Source: Candidatus Undinarchaeota archaeon
Lineage (GTDB): Archaea > SpSt-1190 > JASMDC01
Direction: 5' to 3'
Assembly (NCBI GenBank): GCA_964519305.1
Contig: CAZFHY010000018.1
Location: 1 to 64,000 of the forward strand
DNA: 64,000 nucleotides
A program made the translations under genes and the position numbers. The stretch's first letter is position 1; every line of letters starts with the position of its first letter. Below are positions 28,603-37,389 of this stretch, piece by piece. Below the pieces are notes generated by a model. It was not told where the DNA came from. It searched no databases and saw only the letters and a list, made by a program, of their open reading frames with translations.

Positions 28603-29988
28603 TCACATCTGTTTCGCAATGAGCCGGTCCAGTTCGAGGATGAAGGCCTCAAGGACCTCCTCGTCGATGTAGGCCCCTGCTGCGATATCGTGGCCCCCGG
28701 ACTGGCCTCCCCAGCGCTCGACAGCACCGCTTAGCGCTGCTGCGAGGTCGACGCCCGCACGGACCATACGCTGTGTGGTGCGCGCCGAGAGCTTGATCCG
28801 TCCGCCCGAGTCGCGGGCCGCGGCAAGGATTACGCGCTCGTGGTCTACCATACGCGAGCCCAGGCCCATACCGGCGATGATGCCGACAACGGTAGGTGAG
28901 ATGGTCTCGGACTCGAACAGCTGGACATAGCGGCCGATGGGTGTCGCGCCCTTCTCACGCAGCTCGTCGAGGCCGGTACGAAGCTGCAGGCGGTGATAAC
29001 GGAGCATAGCGCTCGCTTTTGCGTAATAACCCTCTTCCTGCAGGCAGACGCGAACACCGACGGCGGCAAGGCCCCAACGGCCGCAGGCGTTGAGGAGGGT
29101 TGAGTGTTCTGTGGCGTCGCGCATTTCTGTGCCCTTACGCCGCGTTGGGAGGACGTAGTACTCCTTGACCAGGGCCTCGATGCCCCACTGCGGAACGCGA
29201 CGTTCGATGCAGAACCTGACCAGGGCGTCGCCAAGCTTGATCCGGTCCTCTTGCGAGAGGTCGTGATAGGTGAGCGCCCGGTCGTCCTCATCACGCGTGG
29301 GGATGCCCTCGGCATCAAGGAACGTGCGACAGGCGTCAACATCGTTGGAAAGTCCCGGGATGTACGGAGAGGACGCGTAGGAGAGCAGGACGGCTAATGG
29401 TCGCGTTTCGCGGCCGAAGAACGATATCCCACGTGTTGGTTCGACCGTGCCGTCCTTCTCACCGTCATCGACAGGGATACGGTTCATAGCCTCGAGTCGG
29501 CCTGTACGACGGTCCTGCATGTCGCCTACGGCACCTACGATGGCTATTGGGGCGGTCTCTCTCAGACCGGCCTCCCTGGCCACTAAGTAGGCCACAGTTG
29601 ACCCCGAGCACTGAGAACCGCCGTCCACGCCGAAAAGCTGGGGATTGAGGTGCACTCCGTCGAGATCTACACCCGTCATGGGATGGTGATGGTCGAGCAC
29701 TACTGCAGGGATGCCGAGTTTGGCGATAAGATCGAGCTGACCCGAGCCAAGATCGACGAACACGGCGAGGTCACGGTCCTTGGCGGCCCGTTCCACCTCG
29801 GGAAGCGTCTCTGCCGCGAGCTGGCGAAGGTGGACGCACTTCGGGTCCGTGCCGAATGAACGGAGAGAGTTGACAGCGATGGCCGCGGAGGTTATACCGT
29901 CGGCGTCGATGTGGCTTACCACGAGCGGGTTCTTGGCATTCTCCATTGCAGAGAGCGCCTCGCGGACCCGTGCGTCACGTGACTCCAT
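28603..29988 (-). CDS. Archaeal RecJ-like / GAN (Cdc45-like) DHH exonuclease
   Basis: SHIDADG, DLGSG, LDHH, GAVGDMQ, TLLNACGR, GGHDIAAG. Confidence 0.92.
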   Translation of the reverse strand: MESRDARVREALSAMENAKNPLVVSHIDADGITSAAIAVNSLRSFGTDPKCVHLRQLAAETLPEVERAAKDRDLAVFVDLGSGQLDLIAKLGIPAVVLDHHHPMTGVDLDGVHLNPQLFGVDGGSQCSGSTVAYLVAREAGLRETAPIAIVGAVGDMQDRRTGRLEAMNRIPVDDGEKDGTVEPTRGISFFGRETRPLAVLLSYASSPYIPGLSNDVDACRTFLDAEGIPTRDEDDRALTYHDLSQEDRIKLGDALVRFCIERRVPQWGIEALVKEYYVLPTRRKGTEMRDATEHSTLLNACGRWGLAAVGVRVCLQEEGYYAKASAMLRYHRLQLRTGLDELREKGATPIGRYVQLFESETISPTVVGIIAGMGLGSRMVDHERVILAAARDSGGRIKLSARTTQRMVRAGVDLAAALSGAVERWGGQSGGHDIAAGAYIDEEVLEAFILELDRLIAKQM

Positions 29989-30080
29989 GATGGTACCTTG
30001 TGAACGATCGGTTATACCCGTTCGCCCCTACTGGGCGCGGTATGCAAACCTATTTAAGGAATATGCGAACACGGGAGGAA

Positions 30081-30207
30081 GCGGGGGTACCCGAGCTGGC
30101 CAAAGGGGCCGGACTTAAGATCCGGTGGCTTAGGGCCTTCACGGGTTCGAAACCCGCGCCCCCGCACGTACGTGGGAGCAAGAGCGAAAGTCCCGTCCCC
30201 CGCACCA
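30081..30207 (+). tRNA. tRNA-Leu(UAA) with T-loop intron 30152-30190 (position 59/60) and encoded CCA
   Basis: Acceptor GCGGGGG/CCCCCGC, anticodon arm CCGGA-CTTAAGA-TCCGG, long variable arm. Splicing yields ACGGG-TTCGAAT-CCCGT followed by CCCCCGC-A-CCA. Confidence 0.9.
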
Positions 30208-30209
30208 AT

Positions 30210-30283
30210 GCCCCGATAGCTCAGCTGGCCAGAGCGCTTCCTTGGTAAGGAAGAAGTCCCGGATTCGAATTCCGGTCGGGGCT
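30210..30283 (+). tRNA. tRNA-Thr(GGU)
   Basis: GCCCCGA/TCGGGGC acceptor, CTTCC-TTGGTAA-GGAAG, CCGGA-TTCGAAT-TCCGG. Confidence 0.96.
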
Positions 30284-30289
30284 CTTACC

Positions 30290-30298
30290 TTTTTTTTT
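30290..30298 (+). terminator. Oligo-T terminator of the tRNA pair
   Basis: T9 run just after tRNA-Thr. Confidence 0.7.
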
Positions 30299-30433
30299 AC
30301 CGGTCTAGGCTTTACGGCATGCGATAATGGTTGTATATACAACTTATGTTAAACAGTGATAATCCTAGCTTGACTAGTAATTCTTAGGACCGGTAGATGC
30401 CGGGCCACGGAGCCCTCCCCCAGGGTGTCTTGA

Positions 30434-30676
30434 ATGACATATGATGAGCCCCATATCGCGAAACGGTTGGGCGTGGTGGTGGTGCTCACTATGGCCTTTT
30501 TATTCCTCCCCGCCAGTGCCACAGCCAGCCCCGTTCTGTTCGCGAGCCAGCTGTCCACCAGAGGTGCGCCACTGGTCAAATCGGTAGTGGGATGGTTGAC
30601 GATCGAGTTCATGCTCGGGTTCATCACGGCTGTCGCCCTTGCAGCACTACGCAGGCAACGCACTAGAAAGAGCTGA
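30434..30676 (+). CDS. Small 2-TM / signal-peptide protein
   Basis: Signal-like ...PASATA and a second TM followed by a basic tail. Confidence 0.5.
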   Translation: MTYDEPHIAKRLGVVVVLTMAFLFLPASATASPVLFASQLSTRGAPLVKSVVGWLTIEFMLGFITAVALAALRRQRTRKS

Positions 30677-30678
30677 GC

Positions 30679-31233
30679 TCACGGCTTCTTGAATTCTTCA
30701 GGCAGGCCGTCGTGGACGGTGAACCCGCGGGAACGGATGTCAGCGAGCACGTCGGCGGTCCTCTTCGCATCGACGAGGCCGCTGAGCATGTACACTGAAC
30801 CCTGCTCCTGGACAACGGCGGTGACCATGTCGGTGTCGTAGTCGTTCTCGACCTCGAGATAGAGGTCATTGCTTGCGGCATTGTGGCGCTGGATGTCGTC
30901 GAAATACTCATCGACCATATCGCTCCCGAGCTCGAGGAGAAGGCTCCCGTGGAGGCGGAGCTCCTGTCCGTGGTAGTGGGAGGCCATGCCGGTGTACACG
31001 GCATCGAAGTGACCGGACTCCTCTGCCCTGGCACGCACTTCGGCCGCGAGCTCGAGGGCCTCGCCGGGCCCGAGGTTGGTCACCTCCGCGACGTACACGT
31101 CTGTGGCCGAGAGATAGGTGGCACGGGCCGTGAAATTGATCATGAGACCGTCGCCGCTGACATAGAGAACGGTGTCGTTATCGTCGGCGGCAGCATCGGC
31201 TATGAGGGTGTCGAAATCGTCCCCATAGTCCAT
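30679..31233 (-). CDS. Hypothetical acidic protein
   Basis: GC3-rich ORF, strongly Asp/Tyr rich. Confidence 0.6.
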   Translation of the reverse strand: MDYGDDFDTLIADAAADDNDTVLYVSGDGLMINFTARATYLSATDVYVAEVTNLGPGEALELAAEVRARAEESGHFDAVYTGMASHYHGQELRLHGSLLLELGSDMVDEYFDDIQRHNAASNDLYLEVENDYDTDMVTAVVQEQGSVYMLSGLVDAKRTADVLADIRSRGFTVHDGLPEEFKKP

Positions 31234-31266
31234 GCAATATGGCGCGGGCGGGCCGCCTTTTAAGCT

Positions 31267-31839
31267 TTACTCACCCCTGTCGCGGTGGCACAGGTCCGTG
31301 AACGCCTCAACGATCCGCTCGTTGCGCACCTCGGGGTGGAAGAGCACGCCCCATATGGGCCTTTCGGTATGCCTGAACGCCTCCGCTCGTTCCTCGGTCC
31401 CTGCAAGGAGCCTGAAACCGGGCGGGAGGGAATGGCCGAGGTTGTGGAGGTGGTATGCTTCGAACGACCGTTCCTTGCCGAGCACCTTGTCCTCCTCCAG
31501 AACGGTGGTCGCCTGCATCCCGATGACCGGCCAGGGGGATACCACACCGCCATGTAGTGCTGCGATGAGCTGTGAGCCCGCACAGATGCCCAGCACTGGT
31601 GTCCGGACGTCACGGAGCCATTCGAGCTCACCGAGCAGCCCCTGCCATGCATGGTCCTTGATGGCCGTGCCGCAGAGAACGATGCCGTCAGCCGCCTTGG
31701 CGGCCGCAGAAGACAGATCGCTCACGTGGACGGTCCCTGCCATCTCCCCGTACTTCTCCACGATGGCCGATATCGGATGCACGAACTCGAACCGGGACAG
31801 AGAGCCCCGCTCGCCGCAAAGGTCGACGATGAGGATCAT
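31267..31839 (-). CDS. Class I glutamine amidotransferase
   Basis: PVLGICAGSQL nucleophile elbow and FHPE. Confidence 0.9.
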   Translation of the reverse strand: MILIVDLCGERGSLSRFEFVHPISAIVEKYGEMAGTVHVSDLSSAAAKAADGIVLCGTAIKDHAWQGLLGELEWLRDVRTPVLGICAGSQLIAALHGGVVSPWPVIGMQATTVLEEDKVLGKERSFEAYHLHNLGHSLPPGFRLLAGTEERAEAFRHTERPIWGVLFHPEVRNERIVEAFTDLCHRDRGE

Positions 31840-32516
31840 CTGTCCACCAGCTCCGCTTTCTCGATATGGAGCGTGCCGCTGTGGTCCGAATACTCCGTAG
31901 AGGTCCTGTCGATCCGGATGCGACGGTTGAACAGTGGGCAGTCGGTGACCAGGGTCTCCAGCTCCCCGCCCTCGCCCGAGGGATTGATCTGGTACTTATC
32001 CGCAAGCGATGCCAGCTGGTCCACCTCGGTCCCACCGATGGTCCGGCCGATCCACTCCTCGGTGAAGGGGTAGGCGAACACTCCCGTGACCACTACCTCG
32101 AAACCCTCGGACAGGAGGAGCCGCATATAGGTGAGCTGGTCGATCTGCCAGAGCGGATTGAAGCACCACAGGTCCAGCTCCCGGCAGATCCGCTGCACGC
32201 GGGTCGCCTGGTACACGGATGCGATTGCTCCCGTCACCACGCCCTCGATCCCGTGCTCCTCCCGGGCCCGTTCGATGGCCCGCTTCATGTCAGCGAGCTC
32301 AGCCTCCTTCTCGCCGGCGGTCTCCTGGACGATGAGCGGGATGCCCATGGCCTGGGCCTGGAGGGACGTGAGGTCGATGGCCGGTGTATGGAACATGTAG
32401 CTCTCGGGGTTTGCGGAGCGCAGGGTGATGAGGCATGCGACATCACCGTGCACGACAGCGCGATAGCAGGCGAACACCGAGTCCTTCCCGCCGGAGAACA
32501 GCACGCCTAGCTTCAC
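31836..32516 (-). CDS. dph6: Diphthine--ammonia ligase
   Basis: LFSGGKDS, SYMFH, GAIASVYQ, GEGGE.ETLV.DCP.F. Confidence 0.93.
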   Translation of the reverse strand: MKLGVLFSGGKDSVFACYRAVVHGDVACLITLRSANPESYMFHTPAIDLTSLQAQAMGIPLIVQETAGEKEAELADMKRAIERAREEHGIEGVVTGAIASVYQATRVQRICRELDLWCFNPLWQIDQLTYMRLLLSEGFEVVVTGVFAYPFTEEWIGRTIGGTEVDQLASLADKYQINPSGEGGELETLVTDCPLFNRRIRIDRTSTEYSDHSGTLHIEKAELVDR

Positions 32517-32547
32517 GAGTGGGATTGGTACCGAATCCTTGAAAAGG

Positions 32548-33402
32548 TTACTGGCCGGACGCGTCCAGCTCGGCGAACACCCGGGCGAACAGCTCGTCCA
32601 TGCCGATCAGGTCCATCTCCACCCGCTCGCGCATGGTGTTGTGGAAGCTGGGTGTTTCGAAGGTGTAGGCGAACGCGCCCTTGGCCGCCGAGTAGCCGTC
32701 GAAGCACATGGGCGTATCGCTCTTCTCGGGGAGCAGTCCGTCGTTCCCCATATCCTTGTCGGAGTGGATTAGGCGATAGCCCTCGCGCTCGATACGCTCG
32801 GCAGCGGCCCTACCGTAGTCCTTCACGGGGTCGATGATGACCTCGCCGTCCTCTCCCGGTTCGAACTGGACCACACCGAAACCATGGAAGATCTCCTCGT
32901 CCGTTTCATGGAGGTCGAATCCAAGCAGGTAGGGCACGTCGGCGGTCCGCTCCTCGACGCAGCTCTTCACCGCCCGCTCCTCCATCCAGGTCGCTTTTTC
33001 TCCGGAGTACCCACCGTTCATCGTATCGTATGGCCGGTTCTCCATAGGAAGGGCGTACATGTCGACGTTGACCACGGGGATGACGGTGACGCGGACGTTC
33101 TCCTTGAGCTGCTGTGCAAGTTCTGTATCTGACTCCAAGTAGCGGCGGGCGAAGGCCATTGCGGCCTCGGGACCGGCGGGCTCGGTGGCGTGGTGGCCTG
33201 CGACGACGAACACCTGGCCCTTGACCTCGCCCGTAGGATTGATGTCCAGCGCGTAGATGTCCGCCTTGTACTCGCTTGCGCCGATACGGACCATGTCAGC
33301 AGAACCGTAGGTGTCGGCGAGCTCTTTCATGCCCTCAACGTACCTGTCGGTGAGGCCGTAGTCCAGCTCCTCTTCGACATGGCAGTCTATGAGCGCGCCC
33401 AT
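32548..33402 (-). CDS. M14 zinc carboxypeptidase-like protein
   Basis: GHHATE (HxxE), IPVVNVD, DLHE, TFETP. Confidence 0.8.
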   Translation of the reverse strand: MGALIDCHVEEELDYGLTDRYVEGMKELADTYGSADMVRIGASEYKADIYALDINPTGEVKGQVFVVAGHHATEPAGPEAAMAFARRYLESDTELAQQLKENVRVTVIPVVNVDMYALPMENRPYDTMNGGYSGEKATWMEERAVKSCVEERTADVPYLLGFDLHETDEEIFHGFGVVQFEPGEDGEVIIDPVKDYGRAAAERIEREGYRLIHSDKDMGNDGLLPEKSDTPMCFDGYSAAKGAFAYTFETPSFHNTMRERVEMDLIGMDELFARVFAELDASGQ

Positions 33403-33453
33403 CCGTGGCAGTCCGCGTAGTGCCGCCGTATTTTAACCTTCGCTTGGGGAACG

Positions 33454-34122
33454 CTACACACTGCTCCCTGTGAACGGACAGTTACCGGTACCGCCCTTTT
33501 CGACGGTACCGTCCTGGTGGACGGACAGGTCGCAGTAGCAGTCCTCGCACCGGCCCCAGTGCACGTTGACGAGCCACGAGCCGTCAGGCTCCTCTATACC
33601 TGTGACACCGGACGTATCGAGGTCGCCCACCGCAGATTCCAGGTCGGGATAAGTGCCCCGTATTGCGTCGAGAACGTTGTCAGGGACGTCCGCATCCAGC
33701 GATCTTAGCGGGGATTCCGTGGGTGCCGGCGTGGCCGTGATGGTCCTGGTGGCGGGACAGTTACCATCCTTGGACTTCTCCACCGTACCGTTCTCATGGA
33801 CCGTGAATATGCAGTAGCAGTCCTCGCAGAAGCCCCAGTGGACGTTCACGAACCAGACACCGGCGTCCTCCAGGGCGTTGACCGTGTCATCATTGAGCTC
33901 ACCTGCGACATCGCGGAGGTCGGGGTACGAATCGAGGACCGCCCTAAGTACACCGGGCGGGATGTCACCAACGACGGGGATGGGCTGCAGTGGGGCCGGG
34001 GGCTCGGGCGATGCTGTCACGGTCGCGACAGGGGATGCCTCAGGCCCCCCATCGCCGCCCAAGCATCCGCAGACAAGAGCGAGCACGAGCAGAGCGCTTG
34101 CCAGGACCCGCGGACCGGTCAT
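33454..34122 (-). CDS. Lipoprotein with two tandem Cys-rich domains
   Basis: LVCGC lipobox; W.VNVHWG.CEDCYC...VH..GTVEK...GNCP occurs twice. Confidence 0.8.
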   Translation of the reverse strand: MTGPRVLASALLVLALVCGCLGGDGGPEASPVATVTASPEPPAPLQPIPVVGDIPPGVLRAVLDSYPDLRDVAGELNDDTVNALEDAGVWFVNVHWGFCEDCYCIFTVHENGTVEKSKDGNCPATRTITATPAPTESPLRSLDADVPDNVLDAIRGTYPDLESAVGDLDTSGVTGIEEPDGSWLVNVHWGRCEDCYCDLSVHQDGTVEKGGTGNCPFTGSSV

Positions 34123-34145
34123 GCATGCTACATGACGAGGATGGT

Positions 34146-35204
34146 TTAAATCTCTTGGGCAGGGTCGGCGGACGCGGTGCGGTCCTCCGGGTATACGAGC
34201 CGGAACACCTTGACATCACCGCCGGGCGATGAGTGGACGAGCTCGACCTCGTCGGATCCCTTCCCGTCCAGGAAGAACAACCGGGTGAAGAGCATGTCTT
34301 GGGCTTTGTCCTCCATGTACACCAGGATGTCCTTGGTGATGACGACCGTCCCGGGGACGATCGTGGCGTTCTGTCGGTTCGGGACGTCCATGACCTTCGG
34401 GTTCCCTCCGAAGATATAGTTACCTAGGATGCCCTCGACGTCGGTATGGAACTCGCCGTCATCGGTGAGGTTGCCCAGGCGGATGACGGGGATGAAGCGG
34501 AACGACGTGTCCACCATTAGGTCTATCCGTGCCATCGGCTCTGTGACCGTCCCGTCCGGTCGCCTGAACGGTACATAGTTCATGAAGATGCCCGTCTGGC
34601 CACCATGGTCCTCTCCCGTCTCGAGCTTGTAGAGGTAGGTGAAACGGGTGCCGCACGATGGTCTGGTGCACTCGGGACCGGTCCGGTTGAAGTGGGCGAC
34701 TGCGCATTCCTGGGGGATGCAGTCCTCTCCCACGCGCGAGACCCAGTAGAACTTGACCATGAGCCCCTTGTCGACAATGATATAGGCCGGACGGGAGCGG
34801 CCTTCGGTGTGGCGGTCGATGAACACATCACCCTCGCACTCGGGCGGAGTGCCCTTGTCGCAAGTGCGGAGAGAGAATAGCTCGTCGGCGTTGGTGCTCA
34901 TCAGCATCCGACCCATGTCGACGTTCACAGGGGCGACGCTCTGCCCTTCCTGGGTCACGACGTCCCTGCCGGCCACGTTCTTGACCCAGCGGCCGTAGTC
35001 CCACCACGTGAACACGATGGCGTTCTCTTCCGTGTTGTTGCGCATGTAGAGGAGGGCGTCGAGCCATTCCTCCTCCGGTCCAAGGGGGCTGGGTCCCTGG
35101 TCAGCAGGACCGGGGGCCGTGGGCGACAGGTCGTCCTTCACAGTCCCGATGTAGAGCGTCAGGAGGATGATCGCGAGGATGCACGCGGCAAGGTCCCGGC
35201 GCAT
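34146..35204 (-). CDS. Stand-alone AglB/STT3 C-terminal soluble domain with a single membrane anchor
   Basis: W.DAL.Y.R.NT, WWDYG, D....K motif, FTRLF, VKVFRL; only one N-terminal TM. Confidence 0.8.
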   Translation of the reverse strand: MRRDLAACILAIILLTLYIGTVKDDLSPTAPGPADQGPSPLGPEEEWLDALLYMRNNTEENAIVFTWWDYGRWVKNVAGRDVVTQEGQSVAPVNVDMGRMLMSTNADELFSLRTCDKGTPPECEGDVFIDRHTEGRSRPAYIIVDKGLMVKFYWVSRVGEDCIPQECAVAHFNRTGPECTRPSCGTRFTYLYKLETGEDHGGQTGIFMNYVPFRRPDGTVTEPMARIDLMVDTSFRFIPVIRLGNLTDDGEFHTDVEGILGNYIFGGNPKVMDVPNRQNATIVPGTVVITKDILVYMEDKAQDMLFTRLFFLDGKGSDEVELVHSSPGGDVKVFRLVYPEDRTASADPAQEI

Positions 35205-35307
35205 GGACCCCTCGTGAGAGGGATCGTTTAAATGTGTTCGGTGGACGCCCGGATACCGGCACGCCCCTCCCTATAGGGCTTAATTCTACGGACGACATCT
35301 CTTTGAT

Positions 35308-36588
35308 ATGGGGCCAGACCCACGTCCCGATCCCTTCGCGGGAAAGCGTCGCTCACGCTCGACATCCCGCTGTGTGCTATGCCGCGGTACGAAGAACCTC
35401 TGTGGGAAGCACCGGTGTCCTGTCATCGCCCGGGCAATGGCCCTGTCGCGTACCGAACTAAAGGTCGTGGGGACCGAGGTGGCCGGCTCGTCCCCGCCAG
35501 GGGTGTTCGTGGGACGGTACGGATATCCGAAGGTGAGCGTGGGGCCCATGCTCCCGCCCTACCACGGCGACACCGCGGTCCTGGACACGCCGGAGGAGTG
35601 GATGGGCCGCTCCATACAAGACATCATCAGGTTCCGGTACTCGCTCCTGCGGGGGACGACACCAGTCCCTGTGACCGATCCGGGTGGGAGCCGGCTCGTG
35701 ACCGATCTTCAGGAAGTGGCCTTATCCTCAACACCCGTGGACGCCGAGGCCCGGTTCACCAAACGTCCTGGTGGGACCATCAAGCTGAGCGCCAACGTTC
35801 AGCCTTTCGGCCCATCGGCACCCCTCCGGTCATTCTCGGTATCACCAGGGACCGCCGACCAGCGGCTGGAAAGGTCGTTCGGGGACACTGACCTCAAGGC
35901 ATCAGAGGCGGTCGCCGGACTCTACGACGGGGGTGTTCGGGTGAGCGCGATACAGCGTGCCCTGTCCATCGGTATGCTCGGTACCGGACGTCGGCGGAAG
36001 CTGGTCCCGACCCGGTGGAGCATCACAGCCACGGACTCGATCATCTCTGACACCCTGGTCGACAGGGTGAAGGATAATCCCACTATCGATGAGTTCAGGG
36101 TCCACACTTTCCACAACCTGGACAACATCTACACAGCGATACTCATGCCCGCCAATTGGGCGTTCGAGTGGACCGAGGCATGGCACCCGTCCTCTGCCTG
36201 GAACATGGCCGGGAAGCGCCCGGGGATGATCTCTGACAGTGAACCCTACGAGGGACGGACGACCTATCCTCACATAGGCGGATGTTATTTCAGCACCCGG
36301 CTGGCGGTGGCCGAGCATCTGGCGTCCGAGGGTAAGCAGGCCGCAGCGCTCGTGCTCCGTGAGATACATCCCGGCTACATCCTCCCCGTGGGGGTGTGGA
36401 ACGTCAGGGAGAGCATCCGGGCGACCCTTCATCAACCCTATGAGGCCTTTGACGGGTTCGAGGGCGCTTTTGGCCATGCCCTGGACCAGCTCACCATCGC
36501 CCGGGAGCACTGGGTAGCGACCTGTGACCTGGTAAAGGATTCGCTCTACCAGAAGCGGCTCACCGACTACATGGGGGCGAGCGCCTGA
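35308..36588 (+). CDS. nreA: Nre DNA repair protein
   Basis: CVLCRG..LCG...CP, SSPP.VFVGR.GYP, LVPTRWSITA.D, VGVW.VRE, C-terminal PIP box QKRLTDY. Confidence 0.93.
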   Translation: MGPDPRPDPFAGKRRSRSTSRCVLCRGTKNLCGKHRCPVIARAMALSRTELKVVGTEVAGSSPPGVFVGRYGYPKVSVGPMLPPYHGDTAVLDTPEEWMGRSIQDIIRFRYSLLRGTTPVPVTDPGGSRLVTDLQEVALSSTPVDAEARFTKRPGGTIKLSANVQPFGPSAPLRSFSVSPGTADQRLERSFGDTDLKASEAVAGLYDGGVRVSAIQRALSIGMLGTGRRRKLVPTRWSITATDSIISDTLVDRVKDNPTIDEFRVHTFHNLDNIYTAILMPANWAFEWTEAWHPSSAWNMAGKRPGMISDSEPYEGRTTYPHIGGCYFSTRLAVAEHLASEGKQAAALVLREIHPGYILPVGVWNVRESIRATLHQPYEAFDGFEGAFGHALDQLTIAREHWVATCDLVKDSLYQKRLTDYMGASA

Positions 36589-36602
36589 GAAAGGACGTCC
36601 GG

Positions 36603-37382
36603 GTGAGGCCTCAGCGGTGCACGACTGCCCTCTCTGCGAGCGGGCTCCCTGGACTGCGGTACGCGCTCAATCCCTACCTGGGATGTGCCCATGCTTGTGC
36701 GTACTGCTATGCACCCGCCACCCTCCGACGGCCAAAGCTGACAATGACCTGGGGGCATGAGGTGTGCCCACGTAACAACATCATCGACGTGCTCGCACGT
36801 GATCTCAAGAAGCGGGAGCCCGGGCTCGTGGGCGTGGGGACTGTCACCGATCCCTACCAGCCTGCCGAGCACACCTATCGTCTCACCCGTGGATGCGTCT
36901 CGCTACTGGCTTCATCGGGATTCCCGTTCCAGGTCCATACCAAGTCCGATCTGGTGCTCCGCGACCTCGACCTGCTCGTCCGTGCTGGTGAGCGGGCGTC
37001 AGTGGGGATCACTGTCACAACGCTCGACAAGGACATCGCTGCCCGGATCGAGCCAGGGGCATCATCCCCTGCGAAAAGGGCGACCATCCTGCGACGATGT
37101 GCAGAGGAGGGTCTGGCTACATGGGTGTTCCTGGGCCCGGTCATCCCCGGGTTGAACGACTCACCGGCCTCGTTGCGGGCAGTCGTCGGCCTGGCAGCAG
37201 AGACAGGGTCCCATATCATGCTGGACCGGCTCAACCTGCGTCGGGGCGTGCTCGACCGTCTTCGACCTGTGATGCCGTCGTTCAGATCGGACGACCTGTC
37301 CCCGGCATGGTGGCAACGAGTGTTGATCACTGTATCCTCGGCCTGCAAGGAGGCAGGTCTGCCCTGGCGGTCAGCGTTCTGA
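36603..37382 (+). CDS. SPL-like radical SAM protein
   Basis: NPY.GCAHACAYCYA, TDPYQP.E, TKS.LV.RD.D. Confidence 0.9.
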   Translation: MRPQRCTTALSASGLPGLRYALNPYLGCAHACAYCYAPATLRRPKLTMTWGHEVCPRNNIIDVLARDLKKREPGLVGVGTVTDPYQPAEHTYRLTRGCVSLLASSGFPFQVHTKSDLVLRDLDLLVRAGERASVGITVTTLDKDIAARIEPGASSPAKRATILRRCAEEGLATWVFLGPVIPGLNDSPASLRAVVGLAAETGSHIMLDRLNLRRGVLDRLRPVMPSFRSDDLSPAWWQRVLITVSSACKEAGLPWRSAF

Positions 37383-37389
37383 GGGATGA

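Noticed and set aside
30081-30166. Intron-less tRNA-Leu ending at 30166
   Set aside because: It needs an A-C mismatch and an extra G between the T and acceptor stems. The spliced form is perfect and ends in CCA.
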